Origin: an uncultured virus (IMG/VR IMGVR_UViG_3300032135_000002)
Taxonomy: Duplodnaviria; Heunggongvirae; Uroviricota; Caudoviricetes
Strand: one strand, 5' to 3'
DNA: 64,000 nt
IMG/VR virus record: IMGVR_UViG_3300032135_000002
Shown in pieces: positions 51,186 through 60,696 of this stretch; position 1 is the first letter of the stretch, and each line of letters starts with the position of its first letter. The notes beneath the pieces are model-generated. The model worked only from the letters and a program-made list of their open reading frames with translations. It did no database searches and was not told the origin of the DNA. A program made the position numbers and the translations under genes.

Positions 51186-54100
51186 GCTGATTTCCTTTCA
51201 ATTGCTTCATCTAAGCGACGTTCTAACTCTAATGGCCAGATTTCTTTTAGTGCCTGATCCATTCCGCGTCCAAATACGGTGGTACTAGAAAAGCCACCAC
51301 CGGTAAGTGTGTTAAAAGATAATTTACGGGTTCCCCAGGCACTCCAGGCAAATTCTCTGCCTTTCTGATACTCATGTTCATCTTTCTCTACGCGGTGCTC
51401 TTCGCGTCGAGATTTTAATCGCACATAGAGATTGATAGCCAAGGGACGAATTAGTAGCTGGTAAACAATGAGTCCAATTAAAGTCCCGATGAATCCAGGT
51501 AAGAAATTAAGTAAGTTCATTATTTGTCAGCCCTTCTCCAGCCAGCAGCAATGATGTGCCTTGCTACTTCTTCGGCAGACCCTCTTGCCCGAACCAAAGT
51601 TGACAATTCTTCTATCTCCAGCTCTGCTTGGCTGTGGATTGGCCGGAAACATTCAGCGTGTCGGCATCCATCATAGGCCCCATAAGGATAATCATCACCG
51701 GCAGCAAACACTGCAGCGCCGTAAAAGTGAGCGACGATTTTAACAACGCACCAAGGATCTCCAGATTGAGTCTGAATTTCACACTCACACCCAACAGGAG
51801 GCAGGCCAATGCCATCCCATTCCGTTGTAGCTGATTGTGTCGGGGCTTTCTTAGCTAGATCCCATAGATCGCCAGCTATCCAGCCAAGCCTTTCAGAAAG
51901 ATCTTCGTCGTTCTGATAAGTGCAGCCAAGGTTGTGAGCCTGATTTCCAATCTCGCCGATACTAGCAGCCAGGCAGTCGTCTGGCATCAGTTTTGGTTCG
52001 ACTGGTTTAGTGGGTCGTTGTAGCATCTGGTTAAGGTTTAACTCCCCTCGCATTAGACTTCTTGATTTTTTCCAGCTTTTGCGGTAATTTGACCAAAATT
52101 TTCCTTTTTTGTACCACATACTTGGTGTTAATACGCATTCATATAAATGAGTTGCTTTTTCTGGGGCCACTTCATCCCAGTAATCCGCGTCAATCTTCAA
52201 CCGCTCAATATCAATAGTCATATCACCAATTCCCATCAGAAGTGTCGGCTTTGCCAAATGTACATGGACCGCACATACCCGTTACAGGAACGATTGGGGT
52301 TTGACCACATAGATCACAATGTCCTTTCCAGTCTGGTTCACAGCTGTCCGGATTTGGATCTACTTCTTTTTTAGCATGACCCATAGATAAGGATTGGTAA
52401 AATCGTTCAGCAATAGCGTCATACTTTAATACTTGTTCTCTTATCAAATTTAAATCTTTTGGGTGAGTAACTGTCTTTGAATGGTTATCAAGAAAGCCTT
52501 TTGCTTCGGCAATAGCTGTTATAAGAAGTTTTTTATCATCTTTTGATAGTTTCATGAGTCTTCCAGCTTATACATTTGTTCTTCTTTAATACCAAACGAT
52601 CCAGAAGCGATATTGTTACGTCGCTCAATCGATTTTTTTGAATACCTGGGCATTACTTTTTTTGCGTTGTAGTACTCTTTTCTTGACTGACGAATTTCTG
52701 CATTTTGTTTGTGAGACAAACTTACTATCAGAGTTTTTTCTCCAATCCAAATCGTAGATTGAGACAATTTGTATTTGTCGGCCAGGGTAACTAAGGAACG
52801 TTCACGCAAATAGGCCAGTAGATAGTTGCGTTTCTTAATATCTTTATTTAGCCTTTTCAGCTTAGCTATTTTCCTATTCTTTCTAACCGTTAAGCTGTTA
52901 ACGCTCATAATTCATTCGCTATGTCAGCAGCTGCAAAAGCTGTGCGCCAACTCATCCAATTACGAATAGCTTCTTTAGAGCTGAGTGGATAATACTTCAA
53001 CGCTTCTTTTTGAAGTTTCTTAACAGGTTTTTTAGGATCAATAAGCATAAGCTCTGCTAACCAGGCAAGACGTCTGTGGTAATCCACGTCAACGCTCATG
53101 ACCTTTCCAAACGCTTTTCTTTTTTGAGTTTGCGTTTGAGATTTGCTTTTGCAATATTTTCAGAATCTCTGTATTCAGAGTTTTTACTTTTACGCTTGGA
53201 GTGTTTAATTTCTTGGGCTACTTCAAGAGCAAGTTCATTTGCAATAGCGTTTAACAACTGCTGTTTGTTCATTACAATCTACCTTTTGTGCTTTTTTTCG
53301 TGGATGTAACTACTGCAAGTTTTTACGTGAACACACAACGGATTGGAATCGTGAAACCTGGCACCACAACCTATGCAAAAGTAATAAGGTTCAGGAACTT
53401 TTTTAGCAGTTCGGTACATAGACCTTGGGTAGTTAACCACTTTCAGCTCCTGGTAATCGTAGCTTCAAAAAACATGTGACGCATTTCTTCGTCTTCTGCA
53501 GACTCATCAAATGGTGTCTGAGTGTGGAGCGGGTTTTGCATATTGTCATGCAACCACTTAGCTTCTTCTGCAGTAAGGGTCAAAACAATACCTGTAACTG
53601 TTTTAGTTTCCAAAATTTATACCTCTATTTTTTACCAAAAGTACTGAGGTAGTTCCTCTTCTTTCGGTGCATCAGAATCAAATTTGACCCACGAATAGTT
53701 TTTGGCACGAAAATAGCCCAAAACATAAGAAAGATTTGGGGGTAAATCAAGATTGAATGACGTACTAACAAGATATCCTGCAGGCAATGAACAGCCTTTC
53801 ACACCGTTAAACTTAAACCAATCAGGTAGGTAGTCATTCTCAGTTAGCGTTAGATGGCCTGTAGATGTTACTGCAACAAACTGCTGTTCCTGTGCCATGT
53901 GTGATCTACCTTCTGTTCAGATTACTATGTTGTTCAGGGCAACCATCGGTCACCCAGGCATTATCACATAGCTTCCAGAGCCGCCAGCAGCTCGTTCTCA
54001 CTGGCTACTTCAGGAAACGCATCCTGATACTCAGCTTCCAGCTGTTCGGTCGGTGTGAGTGCACTGAAATCGATCAGTGACTGAATGTACCATTGCTGGC

Positions 54101-54281
54101 CGTCAATCAATTTTTCAACCGGTACACCATCCTTGTCAGCTTTGGTTTCAGACAAAGAAATAACCAGGTCCCTGCGGGCATCATTATCCATTGCTGGGTT
54201 GATACCAAGACGGGCAATAGCCCCTTTTTTACCTTTGGCACGCTTAAAAGCGATAGCCAAGACATGTTGATTACGGTCCAT
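51182..54281 (-). other. Cluster of early/middle hypothetical genes
   Basis: Contiguous - strand ORFs, including 51520..52257 with WDG.GLPPVG.ECE. Confidence 0.55.
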
Positions 54282-54517
54282 AAAGACCTCTTAAGTTGTG
54301 GTTAAAATAGCAACATTGCCATTCTTCAGAATTTCGAGCGTATGCGAGCATAAGACATGTCGAATCAAGGCAGAGGTTTGGTGTTAGGTGGGTTTCTCTG
54401 CCGAGGTTTCAATAGGCTTTGAGACAGGCGACTGGCAGCTCTGAGACAGAACTGTTGCCAGTGTTAGCTTGGCTTGAGCCTACTGAGTGATCTCAGCAGT
54501 ATAGGTGTCTATACCAA

Positions 54518-56554
54518 TTATGCAATCAGGAAATTAACGGATTGCATAACTTTATTCTGAGCATTGCCAACGATTAGTTGAGGTGCGTCAACACCCAGAA
54601 CACTGGCAATCTGATCAAGTGCAGTCTGGTACAAATTCTCCTGTTGAAGAATGTGAAAGGTACCCTGAAGGTTGCTAACCACAAAGTCGAACATGTCAGG
54701 ACTGACCATGTAATCATCGTGCTTGAGTAGGAATACCTCACCAGCAGCCAGGAGAGCTGTGACAAGCCTACGCAACGTGTAAGCATCCAAGCCGTGAGTA
54801 ATGTTAGCAAACAGACCACGACGCTTGGTGTTGACACCAAGGCTGGAGTCATACGCATTACGACCGTCAGAATCCACAGCCAATGGCATGGTCTGTACCA
54901 AGTTGTAAGCATGGTAGCTGCTACCCTTCTTACGAGTAGAGACCGCATACACCTTAAACGGTGTGTGTTCCATAACGGATTCGTGCTGTGCTTTCTCTCC
55001 GTCAGGAAGCGTCCAAGTGAGTTTGTTAACGTAATTGTTAACAGCGTTGTAGCCAAATTTGGCTATCTCTTCAATGTTGTTAACCTCGTGGCCATACGCC
55101 TCAACGTTGTGTTCCATGACCGCCTTTTCGGTCACATCGTCCGGATTAGGAACGTAGAATTTAAGCTTCTCAGCAATCGTGAAGACACTGCTGCCGTGAA
55201 GCAATGGAGTGTGGATATCCTTAATCTGAATACGACTAAGAACACCATCAACCTGGTGAGCTTTACCAAACTGCATGTGGCTATCCATGACATCCTTAGA
55301 ACCCATGCAGTTAGCACCATCAAGCATCTTAGGTGCACGAAAGCTGTTACCAGCCATGATCAAACCAGAGTTGGTCAAATCCTTACCGAACAAGTATGGG
55401 CAAGGAATGCCCTCTCTTGTCATATAAATGGCTTCAGCACATTTGTTAAGCAAAATACGCTCACCAAACTCAGCTTCAGCAGCACGATACTTACCTTCGT
55501 TACCGGTAAACGGCACGTCAGGAGTTTTAACTGCAAACGGATCTGCAGAAATAGCAGAGTACAAGTCATCATCCGTAAACATGGCACATGCCTGGTCTAC
55601 TGACATCTTTCCATGAAGAGTGGTCATGATGATGTGCTTAATATGATCAATAGCAGAGTTATCCAATAACTTGGGCCCTGCACGATCAATAGCCAAGGTT
55701 TCCCACAACTTACCTTGTGGACGTGCACCAATGAGAACATTGGCACTGTAATACAGACGTAACCTGGAATCCGGATACGCTGTAAGGCTGAAGTCACCAC
55801 GAGCTTTCAGCTCATTCCACGCATTTTTGTACGTGTTGAAGAACCGATAATACTTCTTATCAGTGCTTTCATTCTTTGACGGAGCATTGTATGCCCCTGT
55901 GAGACTGTAGCCATGAAGCAACAAAGCCTCATCGAAATGACCACTTATAGTAAATCTCATCTTAGACATATCTGACAATATGCCTTTCAAGAGTTTACCA
56001 ACACGAAAGCCATTACTCGTATGAGTAACATTAGCTGTGCCAGGCTCTACAGAGTAACCGCCTAGCAAATCTACCCTGGCATCAGACGATCCTAATAGGA
56101 TGTAAGTCAGTGTCTTAGGCTTAGGATCGTAAACGATCCGTGAACTGGTTTTGAGTATCCCGGCATCGATAAACACTTCAATCAGAATACCCGCCAGTAT
56201 GTAGCTGGCTTGCTTTCTGGTGAAGTTATTGAACTTACGACGATCATCAAAATAGCCTTTTGGGAAAGGTAGCTTGATAGCCAACTTACCCAAGACTGTT
56301 TCAATGTTCAGCTCCCTATGGGAAGCGTGAAGATGGTTAAGAAACTTACCCAGGACACTACTGTTCTTGGACAGGTAATCCTGCTCATAGACCAGCTGGT
56401 GCATCGGTAAGGTGATACCGTCAGTCATCTTCGACTGACACTTTTTGAACTCAACTTGAAGGTCTGTAAGGTCAACATTTTCAACAGAGATACGGTGAAT
56501 GTTCTCACCAAGATCTTTGGTAGTTGCGTCTTGCTTAGCAGTTTTAACAGCCAT
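54518..56554 (-). CDS. Single-subunit T7-like RNA polymerase (N4 RNAP II counterpart, not split)
   Basis: DSRLRLY, motif A KDLTNSG, motif B R...K.......HG, NITHGLDA, motif C KHDD. Start at 56554 has an AAGGA RBS (678 aa). Confidence 0.85.
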   Translation of the reverse strand: MAVKTAKQDATTKDLGENIHRISVENVDLTDLQVEFKKCQSKMTDGITLPMHQLVYEQDYLSKNSSVLGKFLNHLHASHRELNIETVLGKLAIKLPFPKGYFDDRRKFNNFTRKQASYILAGILIEVFIDAGILKTSSRIVYDPKPKTLTYILLGSSDARVDLLGGYSVEPGTANVTHTSNGFRVGKLLKGILSDMSKMRFTISGHFDEALLLHGYSLTGAYNAPSKNESTDKKYYRFFNTYKNAWNELKARGDFSLTAYPDSRLRLYYSANVLIGARPQGKLWETLAIDRAGPKLLDNSAIDHIKHIIMTTLHGKMSVDQACAMFTDDDLYSAISADPFAVKTPDVPFTGNEGKYRAAEAEFGERILLNKCAEAIYMTREGIPCPYLFGKDLTNSGLIMAGNSFRAPKMLDGANCMGSKDVMDSHMQFGKAHQVDGVLSRIQIKDIHTPLLHGSSVFTIAEKLKFYVPNPDDVTEKAVMEHNVEAYGHEVNNIEEIAKFGYNAVNNYVNKLTWTLPDGEKAQHESVMEHTPFKVYAVSTRKKGSSYHAYNLVQTMPLAVDSDGRNAYDSSLGVNTKRRGLFANITHGLDAYTLRRLVTALLAAGEVFLLKHDDYMVSPDMFDFVVSNLQGTFHILQQENLYQTALDQIASVLGVDAPQLIVGNAQNKVMQSVNFLIA

Positions 56555-56668
56555 GATAACTTCCTTTTTAAGTTGATTGATGTACGACATGCACATCTCA
56601 ATGCTCTCCGATGTGGAAAGCATTGATGATGCCCTCAGCTGGTAGACCCAGATCTAAGGGCAGTCGTA

Positions 56669-56743
56669 TTACTGCTGAGCTTGTACAAACAGATACAGCT
56701 CAGTGAAGGAGTAGTAGATACCGCCTTTATAAAGAATATTCAT
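56669..56743 (-). CDS. 24-aa small ORF (MNILYKGGIYYSFTELYLFVQAQQ)
   Basis: GGAG RBS; lies between the ribozyme and the RNAP gene. Confidence 0.45.
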   Translation of the reverse strand: MNILYKGGIYYSFTELYLFVQAQQ

Positions 56744-56773
56744 AGTATTCTCCGTAATTCAGTTAGTTGACCT

Positions 56774-56830
56774 GGCTCATCAGTGCAGAGAGATCAGTCT
56801 CTACAGACAGGACCGAAGCCCTGTTTCGCC
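56774..56830 (-). ncRNA. Hammerhead ribozyme, type II
   Basis: GGC GAAA CAGGGC UUCG GUCCUG UC UGUAGAGA CUGAUC UCUCUGCA CUGAUGA GCC: complete core with three stems. Confidence 0.9.
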
Positions 56831-57095
56831 TTAAGATACAACTGGCAATACGCTGTTAAGCAGCTCTATTGCTGTGTAAGCAAGAGCTATTGCGTAGACC
56901 ATGTACATGATGAACATTTTCATAGTTGTTTCTCCGCATAGTTTGACTATGCATTAGTGGGTGAAAGGCATTGCTTGGGTGCATGTAGTACACATGCGTA
57001 TCCAAACAACACCCTGTATTACGTATGCCTATAATGTATTCAGATGAATACAAGTGTGGGAATTAAGGCGATTTTCCCTACCTCAGCCTGTCTCC

Positions 57096-57428
57096 TTACG
57101 CTACGGATTTAGCCTCTGGCTTGGCCTCTTCTGCGTCATCGAACATGTCCATGAGGTTGTCCATCAGTGAGGACATAGACTCACGAGTTTCCTCGTAGGT
57201 CTTGGGTGTGTTGTCCAAGGCGTAGCCTAGTCCAACGTTTAGGCTCTCAATGGTGATGCTGGTGAAGCGCATGGTTAGCGCAGTGGTACGCATGGCTGCC
57301 ACACTGGTGGCATTGAGCACACGCACTGAGTCAGTGCTGAGTAAGCTGAAGTCAGCGGCCCATGCTTGTGCTGCTGGGCTAGTGGTGAAGGCTGTGTAGC
57401 TTTGCTTGGTTGAGTTGATGATGTTCAT
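57096..57428 (-). CDS. Hypothetical early protein
   Basis: First gene of the leftward unit; AAAGGT RBS. Confidence 0.6.
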   Translation of the reverse strand: MNIINSTKQSYTAFTTSPAAQAWAADFSLLSTDSVRVLNATSVAAMRTTALTMRFTSITIESLNVGLGYALDNTPKTYEETRESMSSLMDNLMDMFDDAEEAKPEAKSVA

Positions 57429-57552
57429 AGTAATTTACCTTTGGTTTAAATGGGTCCCTCTGCAGGAGTGCGGGGGGTTACCCGGTTACATAGGGCTGAC
57501 ACCCTATATACTGCTCCTGCACAACCATAAAAAAATTACTATGGAAAATGGG

Positions 57553-57582
57553 TTTACGTAAACTGATTAAGGGGGGTATAAT
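57553..57582 (+). promoter_or_regulatory. Possible sigma70 promoter
   Basis: TTTACG-N18-TATAAT upstream of a strong AGGAGG RBS. Confidence 0.45.
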
Positions 57583-57608
57583 CATTGCTTAATTAGCAGG
57601 AGGTTCTT

Positions 57609-58208
57609 ATGTTTAAGATGGTAGAGTCAGGAAAAGCGTCAATAGCTCAAAGAGGTTTAGTTTACGGTGTAGGAGTTAATGACGCGTGGTATCAAGTAAC
57701 TATTAGAGTTTCTGGGGTTAAGTACAGGTGCCCTTACTACCACAGCTGGACGAGAATGTTGGAAAGGTGTTACTCAGAAAAGAGGGCGGTAACAAACCCT
57801 TCCTACAATGATTGCACAGTAGCTGATGAGTGGTTGATTTTTAGCAACTTTAGGTCGTGGATGGTTAGGCAGAACTGGAAAGGTATGGAATTGGATAAAG
57901 ATATAAAAGTTCCAAGAAGCAGAATTTATTCAAAGGATACGTGCATGTTCGTAACGAAAACAGAAAACGCAGCTTACAAAGGTTGCAGGGCTAAGGTTAT
58001 TAAAGAAAATAAGGCCAGGGCACCACAGGCAGGTGTGGAAACTTTTGTTAATGGTGTTGGTTACATCTCTGCAGGTGCTGCAGCCAAGTTTATACACGAA
58101 GACTCCGGTAGATCGAATGTAAAAGACATTAGTCGCAGAATAAGAAAGTTTTTAGCCGACTCCGAAAATGAGATGTGCAGTATTTATGGAAAATATGAAG
58201 TGTCGTAA
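57609..58208 (+). CDS. HNH homing endonuclease
   Basis: VYGVGVND, W..MLERCY, EWL.FSNF, LDKDI...IYS..TC.FV...N. Confidence 0.85.
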   Translation: MFKMVESGKASIAQRGLVYGVGVNDAWYQVTIRVSGVKYRCPYYHSWTRMLERCYSEKRAVTNPSYNDCTVADEWLIFSNFRSWMVRQNWKGMELDKDIKVPRSRIYSKDTCMFVTKTENAAYKGCRAKVIKENKARAPQAGVETFVNGVGYISAGAAAKFIHEDSGRSNVKDISRRIRKFLADSENEMCSIYGKYEVS

Positions 58209-58374
58209 TTCTGCCACTGTATCAAATTTAAAAAATTGCAATGGGTTTTTAGTATGTTTTTATATACTGCTTCCTCTGTATCAAATTTTAATTTTCTCTA
58301 CGGAAATTTGGTATATTTTTCTATACTGTGCTAGAGTTCAGTTTCGATTAACAAACAAAGGTAGAGGAAAGGGT

Positions 58375-58896
58375 ATGTCACACAAAATGACTAACACGTA
58401 TTTGGGTACAAAATTGGTTACGTTGCTGCCGATGAACAGGGCTGAGTACAATGTTTATCGAGGGTGGGAACTGCCGGTAGATGAGGATGGATCGGATTAC
58501 GGGTATCTGGTTGAAAACATGGATGGTGGCAAGGCTAACGATTCCAGGCATAAGGGGTACATTAGCTGGTCTCCGAAAGACGCTGCGGATTCAAGCTATC
58601 GCTCAGTAGATGGGATGACATTTGGAATGGCGATTGAGGCTGCTAAGTTGGGTCATAAGATTGCTCGTGAAGGGTGGAATGGTAAGGGTATGTGGGTAAT
58701 TTATAACCCAGGTAGCTCGGGCCATACGTTTGCAATGTACGATGGGTCCGTATACAAAAATCATGGTGTAGATGAGTGTGAGATCCTTCCGCACTTTGAT
58801 ATGTATACCGTTAATGCTTACGGTCGGCGGGCTATGGCCCCAGGGTGGGCGGCAAGTCAAACGGATTTATTAAGCTGTGACTGGTTGATAGTGTAA
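58375..58896 (+). CDS. DUF2829 protein (Tad2-like anti-Thoeris sponge candidate)
   Basis: MTFGMAIEAAK.G.KIAREGWNGKGMW ... GW.ASQTDLL..DW, with an N-terminal GYLVE...YISWSPK extension. Start at 58375 follows AGAGGAAAGG. Confidence 0.75.
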   Translation: MSHKMTNTYLGTKLVTLLPMNRAEYNVYRGWELPVDEDGSDYGYLVENMDGGKANDSRHKGYISWSPKDAADSSYRSVDGMTFGMAIEAAKLGHKIAREGWNGKGMWVIYNPGSSGHTFAMYDGSVYKNHGVDECEILPHFDMYTVNAYGRRAMAPGWAASQTDLLSCDWLIV

Positions 58897-58951
58897 CACT
58901 TCCTTGATACTATCCAACCTTCTGGTGACATATCAATAGAAGGTTGGATTT

Positions 58952-59533
58952 ATGAATAGTAATGAAATAGAGATAGTAGTTAATAACACAACCTTAAAGT
59001 GGTACAGAGAAAAAGGTTATGAAATACCAACCCATAAAAGGCAGCTGTGGGCTAATAAAAACGGAGAACGTCTTAAAAACGGTACCAAAGAAGCAGTCGC
59101 CAAAAGTACAAAAATAGTAGTAAAAATTAACGATTTACCACCGGCTTCAAGTACGTACATAAAACGTGTTTGTACGTCGTGTAAAAATGAGTTTGGTACT
59201 TCTTACTACTCATGGGTTAAAAAGGAGCAATCAGACCGATGCACTGATTGTGCAAAGAAAAAAATTAAAGGTGATGGTTCTCACTGCTACTGGGTTGGAG
59301 TGCTGATAACTAATAACAAAGACGCTATATGTGACATATCAGGAGAAAAAGATAAAAGGTTTTTAGTACTTCACCACCTAGATTCACGGGCTGCTGGTGG
59401 GAGGAACACCTTAGATAATTATGTAGTTTTATCTGCAAATTACCATTTAGCTTTTCATAACTGGATTGGTGGAATGCAGGTTCGGTGCAAAAAAGAACAG
59501 TATTACGAGTTTAAAAAACAGGAACTTTTATAA
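58952..59533 (+). CDS. HNH endonuclease
   Basis: CxxC pairs, LVLHHLD...NTLDNYVVL...H..FH. Confidence 0.8.
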   Translation: MNSNEIEIVVNNTTLKWYREKGYEIPTHKRQLWANKNGERLKNGTKEAVAKSTKIVVKINDLPPASSTYIKRVCTSCKNEFGTSYYSWVKKEQSDRCTDCAKKKIKGDGSHCYWVGVLITNNKDAICDISGEKDKRFLVLHHLDSRAAGGRNTLDNYVVLSANYHLAFHNWIGGMQVRCKKEQYYEFKKQELL

Positions 59534-59543
59534 TCAGTGTCTG

Positions 59544-59582
59544 CAGACGGATATGATTGCCGAAGATTGGTGCCTTGCGTAA
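59544..59582 (+). pseudogene. Orphaned 3' end of the DUF2829 gene
   Basis: Translates QTDMIAEDWCLA*, paralleling QTDLLSCDWLIV* at the end of 58375..58896. Confidence 0.75.
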
Positions 59583-59719
59583 TCAGATGCGAGACAAGGC
59601 CCGCTTGTAAGGTTGAGCGTCAGCGAAACCGTACAAGGTCTCCCCTTGGGAGACAGGGCTTTGTCGAGGTCAAGTTTTGAAATTGCCCAATTCTGGGTAA
59701 ACAACTGGAGTTAGAAATT

Positions 59720-59896
59720 ATGAGTGAAGTAACTAAAATCGATGCAAGAACAGCTGTAGAAACTATTATCAGTCGTGCAGAAAAAAGTAAGAATCCTGAT
59801 GAGGCGGTGAAGTTTTCTCAAGCTGCCTGCAACACTGCGAATGCTTTTAGAATCTTATTCGACATGGATCTCTATAAAGATACACCTACAACTTGA
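59720..59896 (+). CDS. 58-aa hypothetical protein
   Basis: MSEVTKIDARTAVETIISRAEKS...; GGAG RBS. Confidence 0.55.
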   Translation: MSEVTKIDARTAVETIISRAEKSKNPDEAVKFSQAACNTANAFRILFDMDLYKDTPTT

Positions 59897-60081
59897 TACG
59901 TGAAAATTAGATTCGCAAAATTTATTTTCAATAGCCCCACTTCAATCTTCGTGCACTTCGATTTCTGTGTGGCTATCTCAAATAAACTTTACCCATCTAT
60001 TTTTCAACTGTTTGCAGCTATGTGCCAGCGGTTAGCTTGGCCCCCCAAGATAAGATATAAGGGGAGCCTTTCCTGAAATTG

Positions 60082-60094
60082 TAAGTGATTGATT
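60082..60094 (-). promoter_or_regulatory. IHF consensus site
   Basis: AATCAATCACTTA matches WATCAANNNNTTR. Confidence 0.55.
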
Positions 60095-60128
60095 TACAAG
60101 GGTTCAGAGTAGATAAAAACGGGTAGTT

Positions 60129-60224
60129 TGTACCACCCACAGGGTCACTTTGTACCGCCCAGAGGGTACAAACTCGACTTTCTGTACCTTGTGCGTGGTA
60201 CACTTGTACCGCCAGTGGGGTACA
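60129..60224. repeat. Four TGTACC-N8-GGTACA palindromes
   Basis: Copies start at 60129 (right arm GGTCAC), 60151, 60183 and 60205. Confidence 0.85.
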
Positions 60225-60254
60225 AAGGCCCACAATAGCCTTTCAAGGATTTGT

Positions 60255-60686
60255 ATGGATGAGCTTCAAGAAAGCCGATTTCAGATAGTAGACAGAAACA
60301 CCGGCGAGGAAGTTAACGATGAGGATTTTCTAAGAGATTACTTTGGAAGGGCCAGAAGTGAGCAGAAGAGAGGATTTGAAATAACGTATCCATACAAAAT
60401 GCTCAAATTCATGCTTGCAGCAGACAGCCCTAGAATGAGAGTGCTGGCCTACCTGCTAGAAGTTAAGACGAGTCAGAATCTAATAGTCGGTACTGTAAGA
60501 TCGTTATCCACAGATTCTGGAATACCGAAGAATACGGTACACGCAGTTATGAAGAGACTTCAGAGTGACGAACTTCTTGTAATGGTGAACCAAGGGGTGT
60601 ATTTGCTAAATCCAGATGTGATGGTTTATGGCGGTAACAATGCTTGGCGTACCAAGGACATTTGGACGAAGCATTTTAAAAAGTGA
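60255..60686 (+). CDS. RepL-like winged-helix protein
   Basis: RVLAYLL...NLIVGT...LS...G....TV...MK.L....L.....GVYLLNPD; start at 60255 follows AAGGA. Confidence 0.65.
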   Translation: MDELQESRFQIVDRNTGEEVNDEDFLRDYFGRARSEQKRGFEITYPYKMLKFMLAADSPRMRVLAYLLEVKTSQNLIVGTVRSLSTDSGIPKNTVHAVMKRLQSDELLVMVNQGVYLLNPDVMVYGGNNAWRTKDIWTKHFKK

Positions 60687-60696
60687 GGATAGTGAT

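Noticed and set aside
54794..55603. 269-aa + strand ORF
   Set aside because: Antisense shadow of the RNAP gene with no motifs; the same applies to most short nested ORFs in the track.
58168..58374. N-terminal extensions given by the ORF track (58168, also 60150, 56623, 51039)
   Set aside because: They run through repeats, hairpins or other genes; downstream ATGs have better RBSs.
58858..59543. Group I intron in the DUF2829 gene (U and G at the putative boundaries)
   Set aside because: Only about 55 non-coding nt are available, occupied by one hairpin; no catalytic core is visible.
60129..60224. CRISPR array or LexA boxes
   Set aside because: Units are 20-bp palindromes with 2-12 bp gaps, there are no cas genes, and they do not match CTGT-N8-ACAG.
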